Of a stretch of 64,000 nucleotides of DNA, positions 50,740 through 60,684 are shown piece by piece. Each line of letters starts with the position of its first letter. The stretch's first letter is position 1. The DNA comes from Candidatus Kapaibacterium sp. (GTDB taxonomy: Bacteria; Bacteroidota; Ignavibacteria; Kapaibacteriales; UBA2268). The notes beneath the pieces were generated by a model. That model was not told where the DNA came from. It was given only the letters and a program-made list of their open reading frames with translations, and searched no databases. Location: contig JAOABA010000022.1 of the NCBI GenBank assembly GCA_026418625.1, positions 10,572 to 74,571 on the forward strand, in the 5' to 3' direction. The position numbers and the translations under genes were made by a program.

Positions 50740-51723
50740 ATGATAAATATTGGTGTTGTCGGTGCAACCGGCCTTGTTGGCAGAAAAATGTTAGAAGTTC
50801 TTGAAGAGCGGAATTTCCCGATTGGAAAAATAAGGCTTTTTGCTACTTCTAAATCTGCAGGGCAGAAAATAAAATTTAAAAATGAATTAATTGAAGTTGA
50901 AGATGCTTCAAATTCAAGTTTTAAAGGGCTGGATATTGCTCTTTTCTCTGCCGGTAAAGAAGCGAGTAAAAATATTGCACCAAAAGTAGTTGCTGATGGC
51001 TGTGTTGTTATTGATAATGGTAGCTATTGGAGAATGGACAAAAACGTTCCTCTTGTTGTGCCAGAAGTTAATCCCGAAGATGCTTTCAAACATCAAGGAA
51101 TAATAGCAAATCCAAATTGCTCAACGATTCAGCTTGTTGTTGTTCTAAAACCTTTGAATGACAAATTTGGAATAAAAAGGGTTGTTGTTTCGACCTACCA
51201 ATCTATCTCTGGTGCTGGTCAAAAAGGTTTGAATCAGCTTTATTCTGAGTTAAAAGGTGAAACTCCAAAGGATAGAATTTCAAATCAACAAATTGCCTTT
51301 AACACTGTTTTTCACGCAATCAGTGATGACAGTCTCTATTCCGAAGAGGAAATCAAGATGATTAATGAGACACGCAAAATTTTAAATTATCCTGATTTAA
51401 AAATTTCTGTTACCTGCGTCCGATTACCAATTACAGGTGGGCATTCTGAATCAGTAAATATTGAATTTGAAAAAGAAATCCATTTAGATGAAATAACAGA
51501 TACACTCAAAAATGTGAAGGGAGTTGTTGTCCTCGACGAACCAAAAAAAGAAATTTATCCGACACCAATTTTGGCTGAGAATAAAGATGAAGTGTTTGTT
51601 GGAAGGATAAGGAGAGACACTTCTATAGACAATGGAATTAATCTTTGGGTTGTTTCTGACAATTTAAGAAAAGGAGCCGCTACAAATGCTGTCCAAATAG
51701 CAGAATTATTAATTAGAAAGTAA
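50740..51723 (+). CDS. asd: Aspartate-semialdehyde dehydrogenase.
   Basis: VGATGLVGR NAD-binding motif and the active-site Cys in NPNCSTI. Confidence 0.9.
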   Translation: MINIGVVGATGLVGRKMLEVLEERNFPIGKIRLFATSKSAGQKIKFKNELIEVEDASNSSFKGLDIALFSAGKEASKNIAPKVVADGCVVIDNGSYWRMDKNVPLVVPEVNPEDAFKHQGIIANPNCSTIQLVVVLKPLNDKFGIKRVVVSTYQSISGAGQKGLNQLYSELKGETPKDRISNQQIAFNTVFHAISDDSLYSEEEIKMINETRKILNYPDLKISVTCVRLPITGGHSESVNIEFEKEIHLDEITDTLKNVKGVVVLDEPKKEIYPTPILAENKDEVFVGRIRRDTSIDNGINLWVVSDNLRKGAATNAVQIAELLIRK

Positions 51724-51745
51724 AATTATTTTAACCATTAGAGTT

Positions 51746-53236
51746 ATGGAAACACAATTTAAAAAACAGTTAATTATAGTAATTATTTCTTTGATATTTC
51801 CAGCGATAATTTTTTCACAAACCGATTATGACCCGAGGAATTCTGTCATTAAGATTTATGTTAATGATTATTCTTATAGCTATCGAATACCTTGGCAAAA
51901 TTTGCCTCCTTCATCTTCATCAGGTTCAGGTGTTGTGATTGAAGGAAATAAAATCCTGACAAATGCACATAATGTTACGAATGCAACATTTATTCAGGTC
52001 AAGAAATTTAACGATTCAAAAAAATATATTGCAAAGGTGGAGTATATCGGAGATGAATGTGATCTTGCTTTGTTAAAAGTAGATGACAAAAAATTTTTTG
52101 AAGGAGTTAAGCCTTTAGAGATAGCTGATGTCCCTCACTTGCAAGAACAAATCTATGTGCTGGGTTATCCGATTGGAGGAGAGGAACTTAGCATAACCAA
52201 AGGAGTCATTTCAAGAATAGAATATCAAACTTATACTCATTCTGGAATGGGGTTGATGGCTTGTCAAATTGATGCAGCAGTAAATCCGGGTAATAGCGGT
52301 GGTCCTGTTATGATTGAGGACAAAATTGCAGGTATTGCTTTCCAATCCGATATGTTCGCCGAAAATACAGGCTATTTCATACCTAAACCTGTCATTGACC
52401 ACTTCCTTGAAGATATCAAAGATGGAACTTATGATGGTTTTCCTTTTCTGGCTATGCAAACTCAAAATTTAGAAAATGAAGATTTACGGAAGTATTATAA
52501 ATGTGAAGATGATGATTATGGTATGCTTGTAACCTACATAGCCGATATTTCTCCTTTGAAAAATATATTGAAAACTGAAGATGTAATTATCGAAATTGAC
52601 GGAGTTCCAATTTCGAGCGACGGGACAGTAATTTTCCGCCCAACAGAAAGAATTAATTATAATTATGTAATTGACAAAAAGTATATCGGTGATGAGTGCA
52701 AAATAAAAGTGATCAGAGATGGCAAAAAGATAGATCTAAAATTTAAATTATCTTTAAGCGGCTCAGATGCTTTTATTATGTATTCTGATGAATTTAATAT
52801 AGAACCAAGATATTTCGTCTTTGCTGGCTTTGTTTTTCAGGCTCTAACCATAAACTACTTGAGAACTTTTGGAAATTATTGGTATTACGATGCTCCTAAA
52901 TCCTTGCTTAGTTATGCTGGTGCTTACAAATCAGACTCTCTTCACGAAGTAGTTATAATTAATACTATATTAAAAGATGAAATAAACCAAGGTTATGATG
53001 ATTTTGGTTACGGTTCTTTCATAGTTAAATCAGTTAACAAAAAGAAAATTAAAAAACTCGATGATTTAATAAACTTTATTGAATCTGAAAAATCAGAATT
53101 CCTCATATTTGAAGATCTTGCCTATAACAAGATAGTTTTAAATAGAAAGAATGCCATTTTAAGAAATAATGATATTCTTAAGAATTATAATGTTGTTTCA
53201 GATAGATCTAAAGTATTTAAAAAAGGGGGTAAATAG
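51746..53236 (+). CDS. Secreted trypsin-like serine protease (S1 family).
   Basis: Signal peptide plus a catalytic triad context: TNAHNV (His), CDLALLKV (Asp) and GNSGGPV (Ser). Confidence 0.7.
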   Translation: METQFKKQLIIVIISLIFPAIIFSQTDYDPRNSVIKIYVNDYSYSYRIPWQNLPPSSSSGSGVVIEGNKILTNAHNVTNATFIQVKKFNDSKKYIAKVEYIGDECDLALLKVDDKKFFEGVKPLEIADVPHLQEQIYVLGYPIGGEELSITKGVISRIEYQTYTHSGMGLMACQIDAAVNPGNSGGPVMIEDKIAGIAFQSDMFAENTGYFIPKPVIDHFLEDIKDGTYDGFPFLAMQTQNLENEDLRKYYKCEDDDYGMLVTYIADISPLKNILKTEDVIIEIDGVPISSDGTVIFRPTERINYNYVIDKKYIGDECKIKVIRDGKKIDLKFKLSLSGSDAFIMYSDEFNIEPRYFVFAGFVFQALTINYLRTFGNYWYYDAPKSLLSYAGAYKSDSLHEVVIINTILKDEINQGYDDFGYGSFIVKSVNKKKIKKLDDLINFIESEKSEFLIFEDLAYNKIVLNRKNAILRNNDILKNYNVVSDRSKVFKKGGK

Positions 53237-53316
53237 TGTTTTTTTTTCTTATAATGAAAGTTTTCAGTTATTTAATTTATTATTAAAAGCTTCAAATTAA
53301 ACATATACTATATAGG

Positions 53317-55281
53317 CTAAAAATTTATATTTATTTGAAAGATAATTTTTTTATCCTGATTACCTAAAATTTGGTTTAAACCACTGCCAAGATTATCAAC
53401 ATTGTTTTTCGAAGTAATGGAAAATCGAAATGCGGCTGATAGAAATTCAGTAATACTATACCTTACTCCGAAATATCCTCTCCAGCCCTGTTCGTAGAGA
53501 ACTTGTGAATACATATATCCCTGAACGGGACATTCAAATTGCCAGATGGCTGACTCATAACTGTCTGTATCAAATTTTGTTATTCTTCCTTGAAATAATA
53601 AATCAGGAATTGGCTTGTAAGTCATTTCTAATGAAATGGCAAAACCTGTTTCGTTTGGTTTTACATCAACCATATTAATAAAATTGAAATCCGAACGAAG
53701 TCTAATCTGGAAAGTTTCACTAAATTTTCTTTGATATTCAATTCTTGAGTAATATTTTGATTTCTGGATATAATTTTTGTTCCCTTTGTTGTCCGAAATA
53801 TTATCTGTCTTGCTTTCGTAATTAAATCTAAATCTTAAATTTGAGGAGTTATCAATATTCCAATCGGATTGAACGAAAAAATCCTGCCCGTTTTTCAAAA
53901 AAGGAATAAAAAAAGTTCTTGCCAGAGTCTTGAAGAAATCAAAATAGCTTGATATAATAATGCTTTTTGAGAGTTTCCATTTTATCCCAGTATAAATTCC
54001 AGTTTCATTGTTAACTTCTGGTGAGTCACCAAAATTAAATCCAAAGGGTGAACGAAAATTTTCATCGAAATATCTGAAATTCACTACAAATTCTATATTA
54101 TCAAAAGATTTGTTAAATGCAGCCCTCAATGCCAATTTTCTGTTATTATCAATGCTAAATTCTCCTAAAAGTCTTGACTTACCAAGATTAATCAGATAAT
54201 ATAAAGAACCGAGATAACCTGTTTGCCCGTGCAATACAGCTCTTGAATCGCTATTAATGAATTTATCATAATTATATAAAAAACCAGATAAACCTATTAT
54301 GTTATTTAAACTGTTCATTTCGGATTTAAAACCAATAATAGTCTCATTCAGGTTATTTTTTTTCTGAATTTCTGATTCAGTTCTGAAAAGACCTAAATTA
54401 TAAATAGAAATAATTGTATCGTTTGAATTATTGATTGTCCCTGATAGTTTCCTTGATGAAAACCAAGCAGAGTTTCTGATATTGAAATTTTTGGAAAGCT
54501 TTAAATCGAAACTAATTGAAGCACCTCGAAAAAAATCTGATTCGGTGGAAGATATATAACCACTTGTGTTTGAATTGAAGCTAACTGCAGGATATATTGT
54601 CTCAGCACCTTTACCAAAGCTATATTGACTCCAAAGAATATTTCCCATACCTGAATGGATTAAAAAATCACCCAAAGTAATATCAATTCCCATTAACTTA
54701 AATTTAAAATATCCGGCTATAAATTCTGTAAGACTTTGCTCACCAATGTCTTTTGATAATAATAACCCAGCCTTAATATCCTCATAATTTGTTCTAAACC
54801 TGAAATATGTGTCATAGGGTGAACCAAGGAATTTACTATTTTCAAAACCTTTTATTTGGTTTATCAAAGGTTGATATCTGGCTCTTGCATCAAGTTTAAA
54901 TTTTTTCTTTTTTTCTATTTCATCACCTAAATATGTAGTCAGAGTCAGCAAATAAAAGATATCGTCAGATAAAATCAAGGAATCTCTGATTTCTGAAAAT
55001 TTGATGTCTGGATTTTGTTTTATTAGCTGTTTAATTCTGATGGCTAAATCATAAGAAATAGCTGGTATTTCTGCAATTTCTTTTTCGGACGAAACCCTTA
55101 AATTTATTGGATTTAGGATAAAATATTCAATCATATCCAAAGAGATATTCGCATTTTCTTCTGATGAAATTCTTTCCACTAATTGTTCTAATTGCTCGGG
55201 GTTATAATTTTGAGCAGGTAAAGTTAGAACAGAAAAAATACAAACAATAATGCAGGGTATTATGGTAATTCTATTAGCCAT
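53317..55281 (-). CDS. Outer-membrane beta-barrel protein with an N-terminal helix-hairpin-helix (ComEA-like) segment.
   Basis: Signal peptide, alternating amphipathic beta-strand pattern and a C-terminal Phe (QININF). Confidence 0.45.
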   Translation of the reverse strand: MANRITIIPCIIVCIFSVLTLPAQNYNPEQLEQLVERISSEENANISLDMIEYFILNPINLRVSSEKEIAEIPAISYDLAIRIKQLIKQNPDIKFSEIRDSLILSDDIFYLLTLTTYLGDEIEKKKKFKLDARARYQPLINQIKGFENSKFLGSPYDTYFRFRTNYEDIKAGLLLSKDIGEQSLTEFIAGYFKFKLMGIDITLGDFLIHSGMGNILWSQYSFGKGAETIYPAVSFNSNTSGYISSTESDFFRGASISFDLKLSKNFNIRNSAWFSSRKLSGTINNSNDTIISIYNLGLFRTESEIQKKNNLNETIIGFKSEMNSLNNIIGLSGFLYNYDKFINSDSRAVLHGQTGYLGSLYYLINLGKSRLLGEFSIDNNRKLALRAAFNKSFDNIEFVVNFRYFDENFRSPFGFNFGDSPEVNNETGIYTGIKWKLSKSIIISSYFDFFKTLARTFFIPFLKNGQDFFVQSDWNIDNSSNLRFRFNYESKTDNISDNKGNKNYIQKSKYYSRIEYQRKFSETFQIRLRSDFNFINMVDVKPNETGFAISLEMTYKPIPDLLFQGRITKFDTDSYESAIWQFECPVQGYMYSQVLYEQGWRGYFGVRYSITEFLSAAFRFSITSKNNVDNLGSGLNQILGNQDKKIIFQININF

Positions 55282-55293
55282 AGAGCTTATATA

Positions 55294-56121
55294 TTACCAA
55301 TAAAAAGAAAGTGCAAATGACTTTGAAAAACCAAGATAAGAATGATAATTAAGCCCTGCGGATATGCCTATAAAATTTAAAGGTGTTATTTTTACTGCAA
55401 GTCCGGCGATTTCAGGATTAGTTGAGTAAGCTAAATAAAAGGCAAGATAATCGCTTATTAGATATTTGCCTGAAAAAGTAAATCCGGTTTGATAATTAAT
55501 AAATATTCTTGTCCCAAGCTCCAATGAGATTTCATCATTTATTGATGCCCCTAAACCAATATTAATTGAATGGTTAAATAGTGATTTTTTTTCCTCGGGA
55601 TATGGATTGTGATAATAAACATAATTAAAGCCGGCATTGAACATTTCTGAAAGTTTTAGAATGAATCCAAGATTTATATTAAATGATGAAAAGTTATTGT
55701 AATTTTTGATTGATTGCCTGTCATAGCTGAATGACAAGCCTGCATCGAGAATTGAAGAGATATTTAAACCTGTAAGAAGAGTTGCCGAAAAATCAGAATA
55801 AAGAGAATTTCCAAGATTATATATGGAGACTGCCGCAGTAAAATCATCACTAATCTTATTTCCTATCATTATCATAGCAGGAGAAATTTCTGGAAGATTA
55901 AAAACTGATGGAGAATAAATAACTGTAGCATAATTCGAATCGGATTGGGCAATCAGTGCTGGATTTGTTTTCCTGTCGCTGTCCAGTAAAATTGTTTTAC
56001 CGCTTATGCTCGGCAGTGGATTGATGTTGAAATAATTAATCTCTGGTGCTGACTTTAGTATTTCATTCGAAAATAAAGTTAAAAGTAATAGAAAACCAAC
56101 CTTCGTAAAATTCATTTTCAA
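55294..56121 (-). CDS. Outer-membrane beta-barrel protein (possibly a PorP/SprF-like T9SS-associated OMP).
   Basis: Signal peptide and a C-terminal aromatic pair (FYW); 275 aa. Confidence 0.4.
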   Translation of the reverse strand: MKMNFTKVGFLLLLTLFSNEILKSAPEINYFNINPLPSISGKTILLDSDRKTNPALIAQSDSNYATVIYSPSVFNLPEISPAMIMIGNKISDDFTAAVSIYNLGNSLYSDFSATLLTGLNISSILDAGLSFSYDRQSIKNYNNFSSFNINLGFILKLSEMFNAGFNYVYYHNPYPEEKKSLFNHSINIGLGASINDEISLELGTRIFINYQTGFTFSGKYLISDYLAFYLAYSTNPEIAGLAVKITPLNFIGISAGLNYHSYLGFSKSFALSFYW

Positions 56122-56139
56122 TCTATTTTTATTCTTAAT

Positions 56140-57189
56140 TCATTCCCTTTTTATGTTTATCATATTAAGGATTCTATCAATTTGTAAATCATAACATAAC
56201 TTTTGAGAGGCAATCTCACAATTAATTTTGTAATCATCCTTATTTTCAAGGATTTGTCTGATTGCATCAGCTATTTCGATCGAGTTTGCCTTGTGAGATA
56301 TAAGTTTTCCAATATGATACTCATCAATAATTTTTTTCATAGCAGGTAAATCCGTAACAAGCGAGGGAATTCCTGCCATACAATATTCAAATAATTTATT
56401 TGGAAGGGCTAAACGATAAGAAAATGAAATGGGTCTTATGAAAACAACACCCATATCGGCAGATGATGTCCAATCGAGAAGTTCATCATAAGTTTTGATG
56501 CCCATATAAAAGACTTTTGACCTCACATTGTATTTATCGGCTGTCTTATAAATCACTTCATCAATATGACCCTCGCCGAAAATGCAAAAGACAGTCTTCT
56601 CAAGAAATTGAAGTGATTCAATAATTTTTTTTATGCCTCTGCCTTCGAAAATCATTCCCTGATATATAATTATATTAACGTCGTCTGCAAGGTTCAAGGT
56701 TTCTCTGATTTTATTAGATTTTTCAATCTTTCGATAGAAAGGGACATTCATTATTACATTGAAAGGTTTCTTTGTGTTGAAATGCTTGGAAAGGTATTCC
56801 GCATCCAAACTACCTGAAACTATGAACTCATCAACATTATTAACAAGAAATCTTTCTATAATAGATAAGATTAATTGTTTTATGGGATTTTTATGGAGTG
56901 TGCCAAGAGCCGAATAAATCTCACGGGAGTCATAAAATAACTTATACTGTTTTTTTTGCTTTTTCAAAGATGAGGGAAGAAGAGAGTATAAATCCATTGC
57001 AAAAACATAAGAAACATTTGATTCCTTCAACATTCGACTAACTTTTTTACAAAAAGAATACCACCTTGGGAAAACTCTCTTGCTTTGAGGAACTTTTATT
57101 GGGATAAACTCAATCAAATCCTTTGAATAATTAGCTTGACTCTCAAAGACAGGATAGACAACGCAAACCGGTCTTTCGGGAGCTATCAC
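56140..57189 (-). CDS. Glycosyltransferase, GT4 (family 1) type.
   Basis: C-terminal GT-B fold signature (GIPSLVTDLPAMKKII, E-x7-E). Confidence 0.7.
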   Translation of the reverse strand: MIAPERPVCVVYPVFESQANYSKDLIEFIPIKVPQSKRVFPRWYSFCKKVSRMLKESNVSYVFAMDLYSLLPSSLKKQKKQYKLFYDSREIYSALGTLHKNPIKQLILSIIERFLVNNVDEFIVSGSLDAEYLSKHFNTKKPFNVIMNVPFYRKIEKSNKIRETLNLADDVNIIIYQGMIFEGRGIKKIIESLQFLEKTVFCIFGEGHIDEVIYKTADKYNVRSKVFYMGIKTYDELLDWTSSADMGVVFIRPISFSYRLALPNKLFEYCMAGIPSLVTDLPAMKKIIDEYHIGKLISHKANSIEIADAIRQILENKDDYKINCEIASQKLCYDLQIDRILNMINIKRE

Positions 57190-57301
57190 TTTTGCCAGAT
57201 TTAAAGCTCGAGCGTCATTTATAACGTTCGAGAAACTGATTAGGCAAATTTGGTATTTTTCGGGTATATCTTTTATATGCTACCCCCTAAAATTTTATTT
57301 A

Positions 57302-58279
57302 TCAGAATTTAAAATGATAAGTGCTTCTTAAAATTCCTCTTGCATTAAATCTTTCCTTGAATGCTATCAAACCAAGCTGTGGTGTCATTGGGTCCTCTGC
57401 TGATGTATCCTGAGAAACACCAATATCAACCCAGTCAAAACCGTTCTCTTTAGACCATCTCATTGTTTCATACATAATAAGATAAATCGGTTTGAGATAT
57501 TCATATTCATAAAGAAGCATATTATAAAAGCATAGAACAACCTTGCTGTTGCAAATGAACAATAAAGAGCCTGCGATTGGTTTTTCTTCGTAATAAACCA
57601 TCTGAAGTTTTATGTTATCTGGAAGCAGTTCCTTCAGACGTAGCATATCTTCCAATGTATGAGTAGGCTTTACATTATGTCTTGCTTTGTTCTCAATCAA
57701 GATTTTATTGAAGTTGACAAAATCGTCACTTTCTCTGATTGATAATTTTTTCTCTCGAAGAATTTTATGAATAGTTTTCCTCGAAGTTTTATCGCACTCA
57801 GCAAGTATGTCTGTTGTGCTTCTTAGGTCAATAGCGTGAGATATATAGTGCAATTCAAAATCAAACTTCCGATAAAGCATTGCATATTCGAGATGTTGTG
57901 ATATTTTTTTGGAATATACAATTGGCGGGGGAATTAAATAAACATCGCTAAAATTCTTTTCTCTGCAAAATTCCATAAATGAATCAACGATTTCAAGAGC
58001 AAGCTCAAAATGAATATCCTTTGTTACGAATGAACCGTAACTTGCTCCAACAGGTGACCAAAAAATTGAACCATTAGCCGTTAAACCACCGGGAAGGACA
58101 GCTATTAATTGGTTATCCTTATAAAACATAAGGTGGTAGAAATTAAATTTACCCTTTGGATGATAATCAAGAAAGTCCTGAAGATGAAAAATTGTTCCAT
58201 TGTTTGAATTCAAAACGAATTTATCCCATTCTTCTCTGTCTTTTTCCGTATATTCTGATATTACTATTTTATTCATCAA
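57302..58279 (-). CDS. FemAB-like / BioF2-like GNAT-fold acyltransferase (exopolysaccharide-associated type).
   Basis: 325 aa. General resemblance to FemAB-related proteins found in polysaccharide loci. No catalytic motif was verified. Confidence 0.45.
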   Translation of the reverse strand: MMNKIVISEYTEKDREEWDKFVLNSNNGTIFHLQDFLDYHPKGKFNFYHLMFYKDNQLIAVLPGGLTANGSIFWSPVGASYGSFVTKDIHFELALEIVDSFMEFCREKNFSDVYLIPPPIVYSKKISQHLEYAMLYRKFDFELHYISHAIDLRSTTDILAECDKTSRKTIHKILREKKLSIRESDDFVNFNKILIENKARHNVKPTHTLEDMLRLKELLPDNIKLQMVYYEEKPIAGSLLFICNSKVVLCFYNMLLYEYEYLKPIYLIMYETMRWSKENGFDWVDIGVSQDTSAEDPMTPQLGLIAFKERFNARGILRSTYHFKF

Positions 58280-58341
58280 ACAAAAAGGTAATTAATAAAG
58301 AATCAAAAATAATGAAAAAATAGAAATGATGAATTTTTGAT

Positions 58342-59442
58342 TTATTTTCGGGAAAAATGCTTTGAATCACCATAAACATTAAAAGCTATATGTCTTCCGG
58401 TTGATTCTATTCTTAACTGAATACATTCAAAGCAATCATTAGCAAATTCATCAATGCAGGGTTTTCCGTCATAGAGCTGATATTCTTTTCTGACATTGGT
58501 TGGTGTAAGCAGTGGCATAATAACATTAGCCCCAAACATCAAACCAGCTTCTCGCCCCATCGGATACATCGCTTGAAGGGCGGTCGTTGAAGCAATATTA
58601 ACATCTTTCAAAAAAATTCTTGTTACTGCTATCATTCTAAGGGACAGGTCATAAAGAAATCTCTTCTTTTTTAAATATTCATCAAAAAGATAATTCAAAG
58701 GAGTATCTTTATGGACAATGAAAGGTCCCATTCCAATCATATCTATATCATAATTCTTGAAAAAAAGAATATCATTTGCAAGGTCTTCTGTTGTTTGATT
58801 TGGTAAACCTATCATAACGCCTGTCCCAACTTGAAAACCCACCTCCTTCAAATATTCAAGGCATTTTACCCTATTATCAAAAGATTGGTAGTCAGGATGA
58901 AAAGATTTAAAAAGCTCGGGGTTGCTTGTTTCAATTCTTAATAAATATCTGTGGGCTCCTGCATCGAAAAATTTTTTGTAAGTATCTTTCGTTTGCTCTC
59001 CTACACATAAGGTGATTCCTAAGCCATCGGGAAGTTTATCGGAACGGGTTTCTTTCTTAATTTTTTTAACAAGATTAACTACTAAATCAATGAAAGCTTT
59101 GTCCTGCCTTTCGCCAGATTGCAAAACAAGAGAGCCATAACCCTGTTCTGCACACCAAAGAGCTGATTCCATTATTTCGCTTTCTTCTAATGTATATCTT
59201 TTTATGTTCTTATTGCTTTTTCTTATACCGCAATAATAGCAATCATTATGACAAACATTCGAAAATTCAATCAACCCTCGAAGATAGACCTCCTCGCCAA
59301 CATATTCTTTCATAATTGAATATGCTTTTGTGCGGATTAATTCTATTTTGTCTGGATTATTTTCGTTAAGTAAATTAACAAGGTCAGCCCTTGTAAACTC
59401 TTTTTTTTCCAATATTTTAGTAATATTATCAGTCATATTCAA
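58342..59442 (-). CDS. Radical SAM enzyme, HydE-like ([FeFe]-hydrogenase maturase / BioB-ThiH clade).
   Basis: CHNDCYYC (Cx3Cx2C). The surrounding LRGLIEFSNVC...CGIRKSNKNIKRYTL is very close to the HydE N-terminus as recalled; 366 aa. Confidence 0.55.
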   Translation of the reverse strand: MNMTDNITKILEKKEFTRADLVNLLNENNPDKIELIRTKAYSIMKEYVGEEVYLRGLIEFSNVCHNDCYYCGIRKSNKNIKRYTLEESEIMESALWCAEQGYGSLVLQSGERQDKAFIDLVVNLVKKIKKETRSDKLPDGLGITLCVGEQTKDTYKKFFDAGAHRYLLRIETSNPELFKSFHPDYQSFDNRVKCLEYLKEVGFQVGTGVMIGLPNQTTEDLANDILFFKNYDIDMIGMGPFIVHKDTPLNYLFDEYLKKKRFLYDLSLRMIAVTRIFLKDVNIASTTALQAMYPMGREAGLMFGANVIMPLLTPTNVRKEYQLYDGKPCIDEFANDCFECIQLRIESTGRHIAFNVYGDSKHFSRK

Positions 59443-59486
59443 TTTGTTTTGACGTTTTAATTAAACATTTAAGCTTTTTTAGTATT

Positions 59487-60029
59487 ATGATTTTGGAAAC
59501 TGGAAATAATGGAAAGATAATCACATATAAAGGTATTACACCTAAAATACACGAATCTGTCTTTCTCTGTGATGGAGTTAAAATCATTGGAGACGTAGAA
59601 ATTGGTAAGGATAGCTCTGTATGGTATAACTGCGTTATCAGGGGTGATGTCAATTATATCAGAATTGGAGAAAGGACAAATATACAGGATTTGTCAATGT
59701 TCCACGTTCAGAACGGAACACACCCTTTAATCATTGGAAATGATGTTAGCATTGCACATTCTGTTACTCTGCACGGTTGCATTCTTAATGACAAATGTTT
59801 AGTTGGGATTGGTGCAATCATTTTAAACGGTGCAATGGTTTCCTCAAATTCAATTGTCGCAGCCGGTGCACTTGTCAAAGAAAATTTTAATGTTCCAAGT
59901 GGAGTTCTTGTTGCAGGTGTTCCTGCAAAAATCATTAGAGATTTGAAACCTGAAGAAATAGAAATGATCGAAAGGACTGCAAAAAATTATGTCCACTATG
60001 TTGAAGAATATCGTAATCAGATTAAATAG
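59487..60029 (+). CDS. Gamma-class carbonic anhydrase family protein (hexapeptide repeat, YrdA/PaaY-like).
   Basis: Left-handed beta-helix hexapeptide repeats and conserved His residues (HVQNGTH); 180 aa. Confidence 0.75.
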   Translation: MILETGNNGKIITYKGITPKIHESVFLCDGVKIIGDVEIGKDSSVWYNCVIRGDVNYIRIGERTNIQDLSMFHVQNGTHPLIIGNDVSIAHSVTLHGCILNDKCLVGIGAIILNGAMVSSNSIVAAGALVKENFNVPSGVLVAGVPAKIIRDLKPEEIEMIERTAKNYVHYVEEYRNQIK

Positions 60030-60036
60030 GTAAATT

Positions 60037-60681
60037 ATGTCAATATTTGAATCGCTTGATAATTTAAGAAGAGATTACACAAAAGATTCGTTTAACGAAA
60101 AAACTGCTCTGAAAAATCCTTTTGAGCAATTTAAGGTTTGGTTCGACGATGCTGTTAATTATCCAATGATGGAGCCGAATGCAATGGCTTTATCAACCGT
60201 TAACTCCGAAGGGAAACCATCTTCGAGAATTGTTTTACTAAAAAGATATGATGAAAACGGATTTGTTTTTTTTACTAATTACGAAAGTCGTAAAGGAAAA
60301 GAACTTGAGAAAAATCCTTATGCTTCCCTACTTTTTTATTGGGATAGATTAGAAAGGCAAATAAGAATTGAAGGAATAACAGAAAAAATTTCGAATGAAG
60401 AATCAGATGACTACTTCCAGAGCCGTCCTTACGAAAGTAGGCTTGGTGCTTGGGCATCGAAGCAAAGTGAAGTTCTGCCATCGAGGTTTACTCTTATTCG
60501 TGAAGTCGCAAAACTGTTAGTTAAATATCCTGCTAAAGTTCCTCTACCTCCATTCTGGGGAGGATATCGCCTTAAACCTGATGTTTTTGAATTTTGGCAA
60601 GGTCGCCCAAGCAGACTCCACGATAGAATTAGATATTCCAAACGTGGAGAGCTTTGGGTTATCGAAAGACTTTATCCTTGA
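60037..60681 (+). CDS. pdxH: Pyridoxamine 5'-phosphate oxidase.
   Basis: RIVLLKRYDENGFVFFTNYESRKG FMN-binding core and the C-terminal RLHDRIRY motif. Confidence 0.88.
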   Translation: MSIFESLDNLRRDYTKDSFNEKTALKNPFEQFKVWFDDAVNYPMMEPNAMALSTVNSEGKPSSRIVLLKRYDENGFVFFTNYESRKGKELEKNPYASLLFYWDRLERQIRIEGITEKISNEESDDYFQSRPYESRLGAWASKQSEVLPSRFTLIREVAKLLVKYPAKVPLPPFWGGYRLKPDVFEFWQGRPSRLHDRIRYSKRGELWVIERLYP

Positions 60682-60684
60682 TTC

